Positions 50,101 through 64,000 of a stretch of DNA of 64,000 nucleotides are shown here, piece after piece (within the stretch, counting starts at the first letter, position 1; each line of letters starts with the position of its first letter). A program made the position numbers and the translations under genes. The notes beneath the pieces are model-generated. The model did not search any database. It had not been told where the DNA came from and saw nothing but the letters and a program-made list of their open reading frames with translations. This stretch comes from Daphnia carinata (taxonomy: Eukaryota). Location: NCBI RefSeq assembly GCF_022539665.2, contig NC_081331.1, positions 3,224,001 to 3,288,000 on the forward strand, read 5' to 3'.

Positions 50101-53100
50101 TTTGAGCTGCCACGGCCAACTGTTCTTGGGAAGAAGCAGCGCCGGCCACCAGCGTTTTCGTATCTTCCACCAAAGCCTTGGCCGTTTTCAGAATGTTCTC
50201 GCGATGGTCAGCGAACGTCTCATCCTCGTTCTCCGCGTGCAGAGTGCCAGCTGTAGCAAAAAGAATGGTAGTGTCCAAATCGCCAATGATACCGGACACT
50301 GTACTGGCAGCATTAATACACGCTTGTGTTCCGCGGGAGCTGGCCTGTAAAGCGGCTAATACTTGCGATGCCTAAAAAAAAAAAAAATGGTCATAACATT
50401 TTTTGAATTAAATAACGTTTCTTGATTATCATCTTTTGTTTCACCTTTTCTCCAACTAGACGTGCAGCATCGGAAAGATCACGCTGGGTAAAGACGTCGT
50501 CAGGAGCGCCCTGTCTTGCCCCACCAGCTTTAACCAAATCGATGCAGGTGCGACCAAGATCGTGAACAGTCGATTTAATTCGCATTGCGATTTCAACACT
50601 CGAAGTTTTAGCCACAGCACCTTGGGTGTCTGTAGCCAGTTGTGTGTACAGATGGGTAATGGAAGCACCGAGTTGACCCAACTGGCTCACATTGTCTGAA
50701 CCAGATTTAGCAACCTAATTTTTAAGACAATGTAATTTTATTTACTTTAGCGTTTCTCTTAGACAATCGTTTGATTACCATATCCTGTGATAATCGAGCA
50801 ATCTCCTTTGTTGCTTGCACCATCCGTGTTTGGTAATCAACGAAACTCGAACTGTCACTATCATCCCCAGCAGACGCCTAATTAGAGATCAAATGAAAGA
50901 AATATGTTTGCGATAGGTGGACGACGTTTAATTACCGTCTGTGCTCTGTTTTCCATCTGGTTCATGGATGCTGTAATTGAATCGACAAGGCCAGATACAA
51001 CACCGGCTTCTGTAGCAACCGTTTCGACCGTCGACAACAAGTCTCGCAGGGCTTCTTTCATGGCCTCGGCTGATTCGTCCAGATCCGTATGGACTTGAAC
51101 AGCCTAACACAAGAAATCAAATAATTTAAACAAAAATGGGAAAGAGCCAAATATGAATGGGAAATTCACCTTGGGGTTTCCTCCGGCTTCTTTGGCAACA
51201 AGGACCAGTTGGATGGCGCATTCAGTGACCGTCTTGGATTGATCGAGCATCATCATTTGCTGTTTAGAGTTAAGCAGATAGGAAGCGGATCCCGTGGCGG
51301 CCACCACCATTGGCTCAAAATAATGGGATATTTGTGTCACCTAGATAGAAAATGCAATGATACATCCATGATATGCGTTAAACTTTATAACATACGGCGT
51401 GCCCGAGCTTTTCGGCTTCTCCTTTGGCGGCCGAGCGGACGCTGTCGATGCGATCGGCGATTTCCATCGCGCAGTTGGTGGTCTGCTCCGCAAAGGCTTG
51501 GGCAGATTTTTCGCGACGTGGGCTCAGGTTCTGCGAAATAGCCGAAAGCGAAGCTTGATCTAACTGGCGGACGCAATTCGACATGATCGAGATAACATCA
51601 TCGCACTCTCTTTGTCCTGGAGCCTTGTCACGGATGGACGATACAAGTTTCTTAATGGAATCAGATACGCTCTTGCTGTGATTGGCCAAAGCTTGCCATG
51701 TGGGCGGATCTTTGGGATTCAGAGCCAGAGACTTGGCGGCCGAAATCATTGAGCACGAGCCATCAATAATTGATTTGCCTGAAATAATAAATTTTTAAAA
51801 AAGGGATTAGGATTTGCGTCTCCGGAAGGAAAATTATGATTTGAATTTTTTACCAGCGGATGTAATGGGTTCTTGAGACTGCCGAGCAGTCGGTGAAATT
51901 TTAGCCGGGATGGAAGCAAAATCAGGCGAATTGGCGAACGTGCACAAATTCTCAACGGCTTCAATGAGGGGCTGTGTTGCGGCGGCGCAATTATCGCGAT
52001 TACGCTGGCTGTAGTCTTGATCCAGAGCCTTGATTTCCTTAACCAACTTGGCAGTCGAATTGGCAACATCCTTAGCCGATTGAACAAAGTGCCGCTTGGC
52101 CACCGGGTTGGTCGTCTTGGACGAAGCCACCCTGCACGCGTTGCACAGGGAGCTCGTGTGCTTGGCAATGACCGTAGCGGCCGACAGCACTTGTTGTTGT
52201 GTGCTTTTCGGGCTGGACAATGCTTGGCAAGCTGATTGAATGGCCTACGTTAATAATAAATATTTAAAACAGTTTATTAAGCAAAAATATTGAAAGTTAA
52301 ACAAGTGATTCTTTTACCTGCGATGCTCTGGCAAAGGCGGCCTGATCGACCAGACCGGATCTGCCGGCCACGCTGGAAGGATCAGAGACACCGACCAGGT
52401 AAGCGGCTTGGGCTGCAGCTTCGACCAGCCCAGTGATGGCGTTGGACACGTCCTTGACAGCTTCGCCGAAGGGTTCGTGCTCCGATTTCTTGGCGTTGTT
52501 GGCGATACCTGTCATGCCGTCGCCCAGGCTCTTGGATTTCTCCATGACCGTTTCCAGGCATTCGAAATACGACATGTCGTTGACTGGCTCGTTGGGCTTC
52601 TCCAGAAGCGAGCGGGTGGACTGGATGGCGCGGACAGCGTTGTCACACTCCTTCTGTCCCGGAGCGCTGGCCGTGCAAACATCGACGAGGCCGTTGATGG
52701 CTTCGGTAACGGCTCGGGCTGCGGCCGTCAAATTGTTCTTGGCGTTGGGGGCGGACGGGTCGGCGTTGGCCGTCTTGGCGACCGTCAGCAATTTGCCGGA
52801 AACGAGGGTTATATTCTTGAGGGAGACAATCATTTGCGATCGCGTTTCCGTGTCTTTGGTTTGGCCAGCCATTTCCATGCCGACGTTCATCATGTAGCAG
52901 AACGAAGTGCTATACGTTTTGGATGCCCAGGCCAAGCGTGTGGGCGATTCTCGGGCCGTTCCAACCACTTCACCAGCGGCATCGTTCAAATCAGCCGCGG
53001 CCGAGCCCAGCATCGTTTGCAATTCGTGATATGATTTGTCACTACGGGGATACCGTTCACCATTCAACATCTGAAGCGAAAACCAACAGTTCGGTTCATC

Positions 53101-56100
53101 AAATTCTTCTTTAATTGAATTAAAGTTTGTTGTTCACTCACCTCGGAAGCCGAGTTAATAGAATGGATGGCTTCGTCAACATCCTTCTGTCCAGGTAAGC
53201 ATCCGGCACATTTGCTGAGCGATTGCGATACATCGCGGGCAATCTGAGTGACGCGCTGTTGAGTGGCCACATCTTGCGGATTGGTTGCGGCCGATCTTGC
53301 CTCCTCAATCAAAGTGATGGCTTGTTCAACTACTTCTTTAGCGCTGTCAATTATTTTATGTTGCTGTTCCGGTTGGTCCGAAGTGGCCGCCACTCCGCGA
53401 ACGGCATCAGTTAAATCTTGGAGGGCGACGGCCGTGCTGCGGGCCGCCATGCCCGTATGTTTCTCATCGCCTTGATTGACAGCCGTCAGCAGTTGTGCCA
53501 TATTGGAACCGACGGCTTTAGAAGTGGCGCTAAACTGCTGGGCAGTGCTTTCAGCCGTTTCGCCCGGCAACGGTTTCAAGTCGGAGGCATTAACGGCTGT
53601 GCTGAAGGCATCCAGTTCCTCTTTGAGGCCATAAAGCATGTCCAGTGCTGAATCGAGTTCAAGTGGACCGCAAGTATCGCGGGCTTTAGTGACAGCCGTC
53701 CGTAGATCCGTCAGGGCCGTCGAAAATTGTTTGGAACTGTTGTTCAACTGCATTGAAGACGACGGATCATTGACAGTTGGTAGGGCCGTTTTAGCCGCTG
53801 CAACCATTGGATTTCCACTTTGAATAAACTCTTCACTAGCGCTGATAAGAGCCAATTGAGACGCTGGCGATTCCGGATTGGCCAGAGTGCTCTTGACTCC
53901 CTGGACCAATTTGGCGATCTGATCGGCGACGGCTTTGCACGCGGCCAGCAATTGATCTTGGCTCGTCGGATTCGAGTTGTGCGGTCCGGCAGCTTGTGCG
54001 GCGGCGATCGACTGCGTGGCCGTCGCGGCAGCGTGTTTGGCGGCCGTTTCCAAACGCTTAATGACTTTCTTCTTGATGGCGTCACCGGCGGCGGCTTGGG
54101 CAGTGCCACGGAGCTCTTCAGCCGCTTGACGCAGTTTCTGTTGTTGGCTCGCATCATTCGGGCTGCTGGCGCAGGCTTTTGCTGCCTCCACCATCCGAGC
54201 CGTAGCCTCGGCCAGGGAACGGGCAGCAGCCAACAGTCTCTGTTGCAATTCGGAATCGGGTAGAGCTTCCGCTTCTCCTTTAATAGCTTGAATAAGTTGG
54301 GCTGTAGCCTGGGCAAGAACGCGTGCCTGGCGCACCATTTCAGCACCATCACCTATGCTCCCAACGAAAATGAAATCAAGATTTTAATCCTAAATCCAAT
54401 CACAAGTTGCAATGCTTGAATTACCCTGGGCGGCAAAGAGCCGATCCGAAGCGGCCAAAATGTTATCAACAGCTCCTTCGTGAACGCTTTCCGTGGCTCG
54501 ATTGCGGCCTGTTCCTTCTTTGATGTGGGCCAACAAATCATTGAGAGCCGAAGCGACATCTCCGGCTGCTTTTCTCAAGTTCGTAATTAACTTCTCGTCG
54601 CGACACGTTTGCTGACAAAGACCTAAAATGCCTTCGACGGCACGGGCCACTTCGCGGGCCGCGTCGATCAGATGCTGTTGACAGGCCGGATCGCTAATCG
54701 TGGGCGCCACGACTTTGGCGCAGGCCACTAACTGCGACGTGGCCAGAGCGCATTGTGTCGCTGCGGCAATCACCTGCTGGCGTTCCGTTTCGTCCGGGCA
54801 GGCAGCCGCAACGGCTTTTGCGTTCAAAACCAAAGCGGCCGTCGTGTTGGCCACGGCTTTGGCCAATCCGAGGAGCATGTCCTGGAGTTCTCGGCTCGAA
54901 TTATCAGCCTCGCCCAGCTGTTTCAGCAAGTCGTACGTTGTTTCGCCCACTTTAGATGCAGCAGACAGCAAGTTTTGTCGCATCTGTTTCAAGTTTTATT
55001 TTTTCCAAAGAGAAAATCGAAACAAAATAAAAGATGGTAATCACCAACGAGGGGTTGACATGTCTTCAAGCTATGAACGAGACGGGCACGCGATTCTCTT
55101 ACTAAGTGTCGCGTTATACGAGGGGAAAAAAAAAGGCCCGCCTCTACATCATCTATAAAAGCCAATGTCTGTACGGAATGGCTCAAAAACTCGACATGTA
55201 ATGTAACGGGGGGATCGATACTGGAACGTGGAACACCGAAGATAAAACGCCATTCTCAACTTCTCTACGTGCGACGTGGGATTTTCACGACGATAATGTT
55301 CGGAACGAACGAAAGAAAAAAAAAAAACCTTTGGGATTTCACACTACATTCTATTCGCGTTTTTTTTTTAACCTCCCCTACGTCTCTCAGTTTTATTCGT
55401 CCCCGATTGTTACAATGTTTGACACGTCCCTAGTCGCACCCGATGGAGTAGACGGGAAGAAAGGCAGAGAAAAAAAAAAATAAAAAAAAAATAAGGAGGT
55501 ACTTGTACAATTTCTACTTGTGTAGGGAATCATGGTTAACGGTAAGTGCACTTCTGTTCGGGCGGCTGCCGGAATTGGTTAACATCGTTCGCAACGATGT
55601 GGCACTAGCAAAGCCGACTCAATTCGTTTTTCTCCCTTGTCTGACAGTTGTCGATATTGCATTCGAAAAGCGCGCGCGCGCAACGCTTTCGTACCGATCC
55701 CTCTTCCTTTCTTAGCGTCGTAAGAATTGATCGTTAACCAATGAAACTTAAAGGTGGGATTCTAAACGAAAATTTAAAATACGAATCTATCCATGAAATG
55801 CACGAGCGCTCTTCCAGTTTGAAAAAGGTGATTCTTAAATACGCCCTTGAGTCAAATTGAGTTTTTTTTTTTTTAATTCGATAAAAGAAAAATCAATTTT
55901 CGATAGTCGTCGTAAGGTTTAATAACGCCGACATTACTATTGCTAATCATGTCGTTTTTCGTATGCTATTAACCTTCTGCTTCACCTCCTTCGCAGGCTA
56001 ATGAGTTCCGCTTGGCTTGCGACTCCATTACCATCATTTTCAATCATCTTTAAATGTAGGGGGCAGACGTATGTTTTACATCAACTATTCATCAAGGACG

Positions 56101-59100
56101 ATCTACGTCGCGTGTAGCTACGCTATCGAGCGCATACGACGTTGATGTAAAATGGAATGAATTATCGGATTGTTTCACGAACGGTAGAGACAGCTGGTTA
56201 TGGAAATGCTGTCGGGGGGGGGGGGGGGGTCCCGACTACGGTGACGGGTTAATTATTGCCTACACGAACACAGTTTACGCTCGGTTGGCTAATGCGACGG
56301 TGTTGGGGGGGGGGGGGGGGATCTTTACAACATACGACTCTCTCCCTTTATCATACGTTGTCGAAAAGCCGACATTGACGATGATGACGAAACGGACAAG
56401 CCTAATGAGCCATCCAACTGATATGGCTCAAGACGCTTTCGCGGATGTGACAATTAAAAAAAAAAACAACAACAACAAAAAAACGGATAGCAGTGTGAAA
56501 AATAAGACTTACATTGTTGTTCTCTGGCTTAGCGGCATCTAGCAGGTCGGAGAAAGCCGAGCAGAGTCGCCGGGTGGCGTCCAAGAGACGGTCGTCGTGC
56601 TCGTCTTCCATCAAAGCCGCAATGAGCTTGACTCCCTTGGCCATTTCCGGCAAGTTGGAAGAAATCGTCGAAATGGCCGCCCCGACGGCCTGGTGATCGA
56701 CGTCCTCCGGTGGACCTGTAAATTTTCACGGGAAAACTCGGTTTAATACAACAAAAAAAAAAATAATAATGTGAACTGTTCGATAAGTTACCCGACGTGA
56801 GTGTAATGACGCTGGCCGTTGCCGCGTTCATGGCGGCAATCTGCGACGAGACATTTTGCTTGTTCGTGTCCAGTTGATTTTGTTTCCACTTCAGGGAGGC
56901 CTGCAATAAAACAACGTACGAGGGAATTGTCAAGTACTTTCCTCGTTTCGAGTCTTTTTCTAACAACTTACTGGATCACTTCCCAAGTCAGGCACTTGCA
57001 GTTTCGTATCGAGAATGTGTTCGGCCTGTTCGACGGCCTTTTGACCCTCGCTGATGGTGCTGATGAGCGCCCGTTGGGGTTCCGTCAGCACGCTCGTCAC
57101 CTTGGGCTGCTGGACCTATTGTTGCAAACACAACACAATCCAATTGGTTATTCGACAATACTAGTCATCAACTCGTCGTCTGCACACACATACACACACA
57201 AGTTGGGGATAGAGAAAGGGAGGGATAGGACCTTCCCCCTTTTTTATTATTTTTTAAGACGAACAAAAAAAAAAACACATAACCTTAACGACAATGGCTT
57301 ATCCCCACCCGTCTACTGAACTGTATTGTACGCAAGAGTCAAGAGCCCACTAGGTCAGATACTCCACACACTTTCTTTTTTCCCCCCAGTCTCGACATGC
57401 ATTAACAACAATGGCCGATCAGCAACTTCTCATTTTCCCTTTTTTTTTTTTCTTTTGCCATTCTCCTCCGTTAGATTGAAGCTCTTTAATTGAGCGATTG
57501 TGATGTCGGCACTGTAGTAGTAGTAGGCCATTTCACCGCGTGCCGAGCAACTCTTCAGAGCCATTCACGAGGGGTACTATTGACCTTCTACAGATATAAT
57601 ACTTTCCCTCAATTGAAGTGATATATACAGTTAGTAGAAGGGAAAGGGCAACATGAAGATTAAAGACAAACATATTTACAAGTTGAACTTTCCATCCCTT
57701 TTTTTTTTTTTTTTTGTTGTTGCAATTTCAGGCTACGGAACTAATAGAACAAAAAATAAAAGGTAATTGTTTGACTATTGCACTAGCCTATGGGGGTTAC
57801 GCACACCACTGTCGGGCACTAGAACGAAAAGATTTCGGTTGATCAAATTTGAGATAAGACGCGGGGAATAAGTGCAAAGTATACCTACTTTGTTTTGTTG
57901 TTCGGTTAGAAAAAAATTGGAGGAAAAAGAGGAATGTTTATCGCGATTGATCCAGTCGATCGCGAATAACAAACAGGGAGACACGGACAGAGCGAGCCGG
58001 CGTGAAAGGAAGAAAAAGAGAGACAATAGTAGCGTTACACACTCCAATTAGTCGGTCCAAATCTCACACTCTCTCATCATTGGATAACGGAGAGAAACGA
58101 GATGAAACACTCGAGGACACAACAACAACCACACGCCACATTCAAAGCGAGAAAAAAAAAACACAAATCCGATACTTTCTACTCTCTTGAAAAGCAACCG
58201 ACCCTTTTTTTTTTTTTTAAAGAAAAGAACAGAGGGCGCAATCAGAAGGGGAAAATAACAACCCAAAGGGAAGAGAGAGAAAAAAAAAAGCAAATAATTG
58301 CAATAAACATGAATAAAACTACAACTCACCGTAGGTGGTGCGTGAGCAACGGTAGCCAGGCCTTGCAATGTGGGCAATTGGGGCGACTGTGTCTGCCCGA
58401 CATCGTATTTTTGGGGCACTGGGATATCGTGATTTCATTCGCAAAAAAAAAAACGGGCAAAAAAAAAAGAACAAAAAATTTGGGATTGAAAAAAAAAAGA
58501 ATCAAATTATAAAAATGATAAATAATTTAAATTCTTCAAGTTTTTTTTTTACCATCATCAAATAAGTAAGAGAAAAATGAAAGATGTCGCAAATGAAAGA
58601 TGGAACGCGAACGTGCTAGCAAAATGGCTATTGGTTCAATTGATTTTTTTTTTTGACGGACTTACCATCAGCAGCTCGAACAATGGCAGGTTTGGCCACG
58701 GATTCCGTCTGCACTTTGCCGCTCTTAATGCCGGAACCGGCTGTATGTTGGACTATTGTCGCCCTACATTTTTAATTTTTGCAATTTGATATTCACACGA
58801 TTCGTAAATACTTAAAATGGCAATTCATTTTTTTTACTTGAAGGGGGAGACGCTGTCTTCGACAATGTTTGATCCTTCATCTCCTTCGATGCCGAAATGG
58901 TCTTTGGCTTGTTTCTTTTTAAATAATAATAATATTAGAAACAGAAAAAAGCATTAATCAAATTTTAATGGCAAACCTTTTTGAGGATAATGTCGATGTA
59001 GCCGGCAATAAGCTGCGAGATTTGCTCGCCTTCTGTCGTCTGAACCGAATAGTACTGATCCGAGTAATCGCCAAAATCGAGGGTGAAGGTATTGGGCGAG

Positions 59101-60783
59101 GCGGCCCATCGACGTACCGTCGTCAACGGCCAGACCTTCAGAATCTCTTTGGTTCGTTCGTCGAGGCGCAGGACAGAGTCTTTCGTCACGCCCAGCAGGC
59201 GCGGGGCCAGTTTGTTTTTGCCCTTCATTTTTTCCTACAACATCCGAAAATGAAAAAAAACAAAGTTCACTATGAAAAATCAAAACAATCGATTATCGAT
59301 CGATATACCTTGACCAGGAAGAAAGTGACACCGTAAGTGCTCAGGGAGCGGGCCGTCTTGACGTAGGCCACTTTGGCTTCGATCTCCGTCAATCCATTGT
59401 GTTTCTTGTGTTCGCCAAAAATCTTTTTCTCGACGCCTTTGACTTTCATGTACGATTGTGGCAGAAACTCTTTCAAACTGAATTGAAAAAAAAAAAGCGA
59501 GTTATGCATAAAAGTTCCATCAATCAGCAGCAAACAACAAAAAAAAAAAAGGGACTCACTCTAAAAAGCCGGGTTTGTGCTTGGCTTCGACGTAGTCGCC
59601 AAATTGGGCCTGGCACTGGATGCCGGCAAACTCGCAGGCCTTGTCCAGCGTGACGGGATGGGTCCCATTGAGAATCGAGTCACGCGCCTGGACGAAGAGC
59701 AAGTTGAGCTGGACGGGGTCGCGCGAATCCACGTTCCCGTCCGAGAAGAAGTACTTGCGGCGCAGCAACACCGTCTCGCTCTCGTCGATGCCTTGCTCAC
59801 GTAGCGTCTTCGAGTGGTCCACCCAATTCACTATTCCGGTCGACACATGGAAAAAACAAAAAATAGAAAATCACATACGGCCTTAAAGAAAACAAAAAAA
59901 AAAGAAACTAAAATCCACTCACGTTCGTCGTCGGTTTTGATTTTCTTCTTGAGTTGTTCCATCTTCTGATCGCGCTCCTTCTCCTCCTTCTTACGCCGGA
60001 GGGTCAGCGTTCCAAAATTGGGTTTGTTTTCCGCTTCCTCCTCTTGGTTTTCACGCACCAGCGAGTACTCGTCGTGATTGGTGATCCCTATAAGAAAAAA
60101 ACAGACAGGCAATGACATGGAGTTTCAGTGTCAGCTCGGCTTGGGCTCAGTGTAGGACGGCATTTTTTTCTCTCGGGAGTTTAGTCAAGAATAAGACGAA
60201 CGCAATAATAAATCTAAAATTTAGAAACAATTATTTTCAGAGGAATGCAACGTACCAATTTTTGTGCAAATGACCACCATCAAGTTGGTGACGGGCTGAC
60301 TGTCGTCCACCAACATCGTCTTGACTGTGCCGTCCAACATGCGGACTTTGAGCGTCCTCATCTTACGGCGGTACTCGAGCAAATCCTAATCAATTTTTGA
60401 ATATTAAATAACATTTCAGAACGTTCTGGCAAAGCGCATAAGTTCTTAAATACCCCAGTGCGTAAAACATAATAGCCCAGGTTACGTCCAGGTTCTAACC
60501 AAATGCCTTTCTTGGGATCTTCATCAGCGAGGAAAAGTCCATAATCTTTGGCTGTCATAAAATTAAAATTAAAAAAAAAAAAAGATTCCTCGTTAAAATT
60601 GAATACTAAAATGATGCACGGGCGACAGCGAAAAACGTACGACTTACGCTGCCCGAGATTGGCCTCGGTGATCTTGTCGCGGATAACGCGGCAGGCATCG
60701 TAGACGGCCGTGTTGGGGTCGAACTGCATCGTCTTGACCACATCCTTCTCGACGATGCTGATCTTGAGCGATAGCGACGCCAT
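44124..60783 (-). CDS. rhea: Talin (FERM head F0-F3, rod R1-R13, I/LWEQ domain, dimerisation helix, extended tail)
   Basis: MASLSLKISIVEKDVVKTMQFDP, DSRDPVQLNLLFVQARDSILNGTHPV, KEKMKGKNKLAPRLLGVTKDSV, EGEQISQLIAGYIDIILKK, DWEDPEDPTVIAENEL, DDGQWSEGLVSAAR and MVGGIAQEIDARSEVLRIERELEEAR. A 5' UTR acceptor lies at ~60865 and the promoter is probably beyond the window. Confidence 0.97.
46852..46914 (-). other. Candidate 63-nt in-frame cassette exon of talin
   Basis: ctgtcctttatag|...CTGG|gtgagt. Phase 1-1 matches the host intron and there is no stop codon. Confidence 0.6.
47041..47403. repeat. Tandem duplication, two ~170-nt copies (47041-47211 and 47234-47403), in a talin intron
   Basis: Both copies begin ttttaaaacaacgggagaatggaaatg and end gacggaatgtgatactgca(a/g)caaagaaaattaat, with scattered substitutions and indels. 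Confidence 0.92.
48930..49037 (-). other. Candidate alternative terminal coding exon of talin (35 aa + stop)
   Basis: tgctattccacag| acceptor is phase 0, matching the donor at 49828/49827. AATAAA on the minus strand at 48893-48888. Confidence 0.5.
56074..56152. repeat. Inverted repeat / hairpin in a talin intron
   Basis: TTTTACATCAAC (56074-56085) is the perfect reverse complement of GTTGATGTAAAA (56141-56152). Confidence 0.6.
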
Positions 60784-63700
60784 GGCGTCGGATGTTCAAA
60801 ACCCTTTTTTTTTTTCTTTGGTCCGCTTTCCGATTCGTCTCTTTTTCTCCGGAAAGCCCAATTCCTGAAACGAAATGGTTAAAGTTAATCAGTTGGAGGC
60901 AATCTCTGAATTGATGGGTCAATGAGGAAGACGCGCTCGCAATTCCATCCAAGCCAAAATCAAAAAAAAAAAAAAAAAATAGTAGTAATAGTAATAGGCC
61001 GCTCACTCTTTCTCGAAGAGATAAAAAGGAAAATAATAGAAGCAAAAAAAAAAAAAAAAAAAAAGATATTTTCTTTTTTTTTTTTTTTTTTCTTGGCCGT
61101 CGTTTGTACGTGGCGGCTTCCTGATAGGATCGCAGACCCAATCAGTGGCCTTTGCAGGACGAGTGTCATCGCCCATCGAGTGGAATGGCTTCTGCCAACG
61201 ACAAATGTGTTTTCTGGCAGAAGAGGCCCGGTCCAGCCCAAAAGCGACAAGAGATCCCTGTCGTGATCTAAAACTGAAAATGAGACACCGGACCGAGAGA
61301 TCCAAAGGCCTCAGTCGGCCAACACTTGGCGCGTCACTGAACGCCAACCCGGCTCGACTTGATGCTTTTTTTTTCCTCTCTCTCTCTCTGTGCTCGATGT
61401 ACAAGACACACAGACGGTGCAGCTTCCTTCATCTCAGTCATGCGCCGCGCACCGCCGTCTTTCTCACACAAAAAAAAACTTCTCTGCCTCCAACTTTGCT
61501 CATTCTCTCCCTACGAGTCGATTCCGGCTCCCGCTTGTTCCTTTTGTAGTTTCCGTCTTCCTCGTTCCACTTCCCCAAGCGCAAGCAGAAACGCTATAGT
61601 GGTGTATACACACCCTTCTCTCGACCTCTTTACCCATACAGATCATTCAATACATCTCTCTCTCTCTCTCTCTTTTCCCCTCCTTTTCTTTCAGCGTTCG
61701 ATTCCGTTCCCCGGTTTTTCTCCGCGAATCCCAGTCTTCCTTCCCTTTTTTTCCTTTTTCCCTCCGCTGCGGATGTCGTATTGACACAGTTCCATGTTTG
61801 CTAGAGAGGCATCAACCGCAACAACAGTCACACAAGAGAAGAAGACGACGACCACCGTAGAGGTAAATAAGGTCTAATTCAATTAGATTGTGGCCTTTTT
61901 TTTTTTTGGACCTCCGCAAAGATGAAGAAGAAAAAATTATAGGGCAATTCAATTTTCGGTTGGCGCAACATCGACGAAGAAGAGGAAAAAAAAAAAAGAA
62001 TCGAATTGCGATACTTCCTATTCTAAAAGAAAAACAATAACAAATAGAATTACTTTAAAAAAAATTCAAGGGGATACTGTAAAAGTCGTAACAGAGTGAG
62101 TAGGAACGCTATTGGATGATCTAAATGATAAGTAAACGATCCATCCGTAATGATTTCTGTTTTTTTTTTCTTGCCCGTTTGGCTGGATCGATTCGTTTGG
62201 TATGAGGCTTGATTGCCTGCCGTCAAGCCAAAGCAAAACAAACGGGGGGACGTACATAAAAAAAAAAGGTGGCAACGTCGCCAATCCTCTTAACAATCGA
62301 AGAACATGAAGAGTCAATCAACACAGCGATTTGTTCTTTCTTTTTTTTTTTTTTTTGTGTCACCTTATGTCACAGAAGAATACCAGTGACGCAATAAAAA
62401 GGAAAATTGGAAGGGGGACAAATCACGTGTAAAAATATTACGCATCGCCCGCCATTTACGAAACCATAATGCGTTGCCAGAAGCTCAACAGAATGATTGA
62501 ATTTACTTCCCGTACAGGGGGAGGGTTTCTATCAATCGTGAATCCAAAAAAAAAAAAAAAAAATTTATTTTCAAATGATCCTCTTTTTTTTTTTTTTTTT
62601 TTGCCAATGCCCGTGTTCCAAAATCAATCTTTTTTTTTTTATTATTATTATAAATACTTACCGGAGACAAGGAAATAGTTGTAACAAAACTATCTTCACA
62701 TTTTCTCCCTAGAGGCATATATACTCAATGATGATGACGATAATGTTCCATGCGTACAAGGAAGAAATAATAAAAAAAAAAGCCTCTTTGTTCCTCCCCC
62801 CTTTTTTTTTCTTTCTACAATGATTCAATCAAATGCACGTCAACGGCACGTCTTTACAATCGGCCTTTACGGCAACATAAAAAAATCGGCTTTATATCTT
62901 TTTCTTTTCCGTCATCAACTTGAGGTGTAAAAAGAAAAAAGTTATTTATTTTCCCCTCCTTTTCTCTTAAGCCTTTGCGCACAAAAGGGCAGGCGGGGGG
63001 GGGGGATACAGGGTGTAGTAGTGATCACGCGTAGATGCCGCCATCATTTTCTCCAACCCCATGATGCCTTTATGACATGCGTGTAGGCGGACTCTTTTTT
63101 TTTTTTGCTTTCGCTATTTTGATAGATCGACTACGTAACGCACTAAATTATTCGTTTAATGTAATCGACGATTGCGATTTGTTTTGACCCCAATTTCGTT
63201 CTTATTTAATGTTAAATTCTTACAGAAAAATATATATATATACTCAAGCGGTCGATAGGTTCTTTTTCTTTACTTGGAATTCCCGTGTACCACAACCGGA
63301 ATTCGACGGTGCGGTTCGATAGGGTACGCAAGCATGACGCAGCAATAGGTAAAGTCAGTTCCTCTAGCAGTGCGTTTAGATAACGAAGAAGAGGGGGGAA
63401 ACAAAGAATTATTTATCGATCGGATAAAGGCGTGGTTAGCCCCATTTTTTTCTCTCTCTCTTTCTCTCGATTGGATAACACAACGACATGCTTCTCCACG
63501 TACTAACAATTTTCTTTCCAGCATTTGAAATTTAACCACTGTGCGTTGCCTACCCCACGTTGCGGTGGATACGTCGTCCTCACCGGAACTTGGGACTAGC
63601 GCATAACTTATTCTAAAAAAAAATTTTTTTTTTTTTTTTTTTTTTTGGGTTGAAATTTGTATGTGTAAAGCGAAGGAACGAGTGGCATAAAAAAAAAACA

Positions 63701-64000
63701 AAAAAAAAAACACCGCACATACGAATGGGTGTTTGTCTTTTGTTTGGCAGTTGGACAAAAGAAGTGAATCGATTGAAAAAGTAAGGGGGAATGTGGTAGA
63801 AGGTGGAAAAAGAAAATCTTCGTGAGCACCCGGGGAGGTAAAAGAAGAGTTACGTATGCATGTATGCACACCATTTTTTTTTCTTCACCCTTTGTCAGCT
63901 CTTTGAAGGGAAAAGAAAGAACGAAACGCTGAGAATTGGGCATGGGCTTACTTTTGACTGGACTTTACCACCGTCTGTATACGTTACCGGACTTGGATTT

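Noticed and set aside
52017..55158. Long plus-strand and alternative-frame ORFs overlapping talin rod exons
   Set aside because: Shadow ORFs of GC-rich, Ala-rich coding sequence with no independent protein features.

Overview
Eukaryotic (arthropod) genomic DNA, not prokaryotic. The many ~60-110 nt GT-AG introns, tight gene packing and gene content suggest a Daphnia-like branchiopod crustacean (inference). Ten protein-coding genes can be reconstructed: DNAJC22/wurst (-, runs off the left edge), MROH1/HEATR7A (-), HDHD2 (+), PRELID3/slowmo (-), a FMRFamide-receptor-like class A GPCR (+), OVCA2/FSH1-type serine hydrolase (-), an intronless anchor + coiled-coil + KH gene (+), a ZNF423/ZNF521 (Oaz) zinc-finger gene (-) with a ~17 kb homopolymer-rich intron, RTN4IP1 (+) and talin/rhea (-). 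The most unusual element is the intronless KH gene. It has a 21-nt-period repeat leader and three Pumilio elements in a short duplicated 3' UTR, which makes it a candidate lineage-specific, organelle-anchored germline RNA-binding protein. Also notable are a short NuRD-recruiting MTRRKQ exon and four extra C-terminal fingers in Oaz, and several candidate alternative exons in talin (an in-frame 63-nt cassette and a truncating terminal exon). I found no CRISPR array, rRNA, tRNA or intact transposon. All splice structures were read by eye and have no transcript support.
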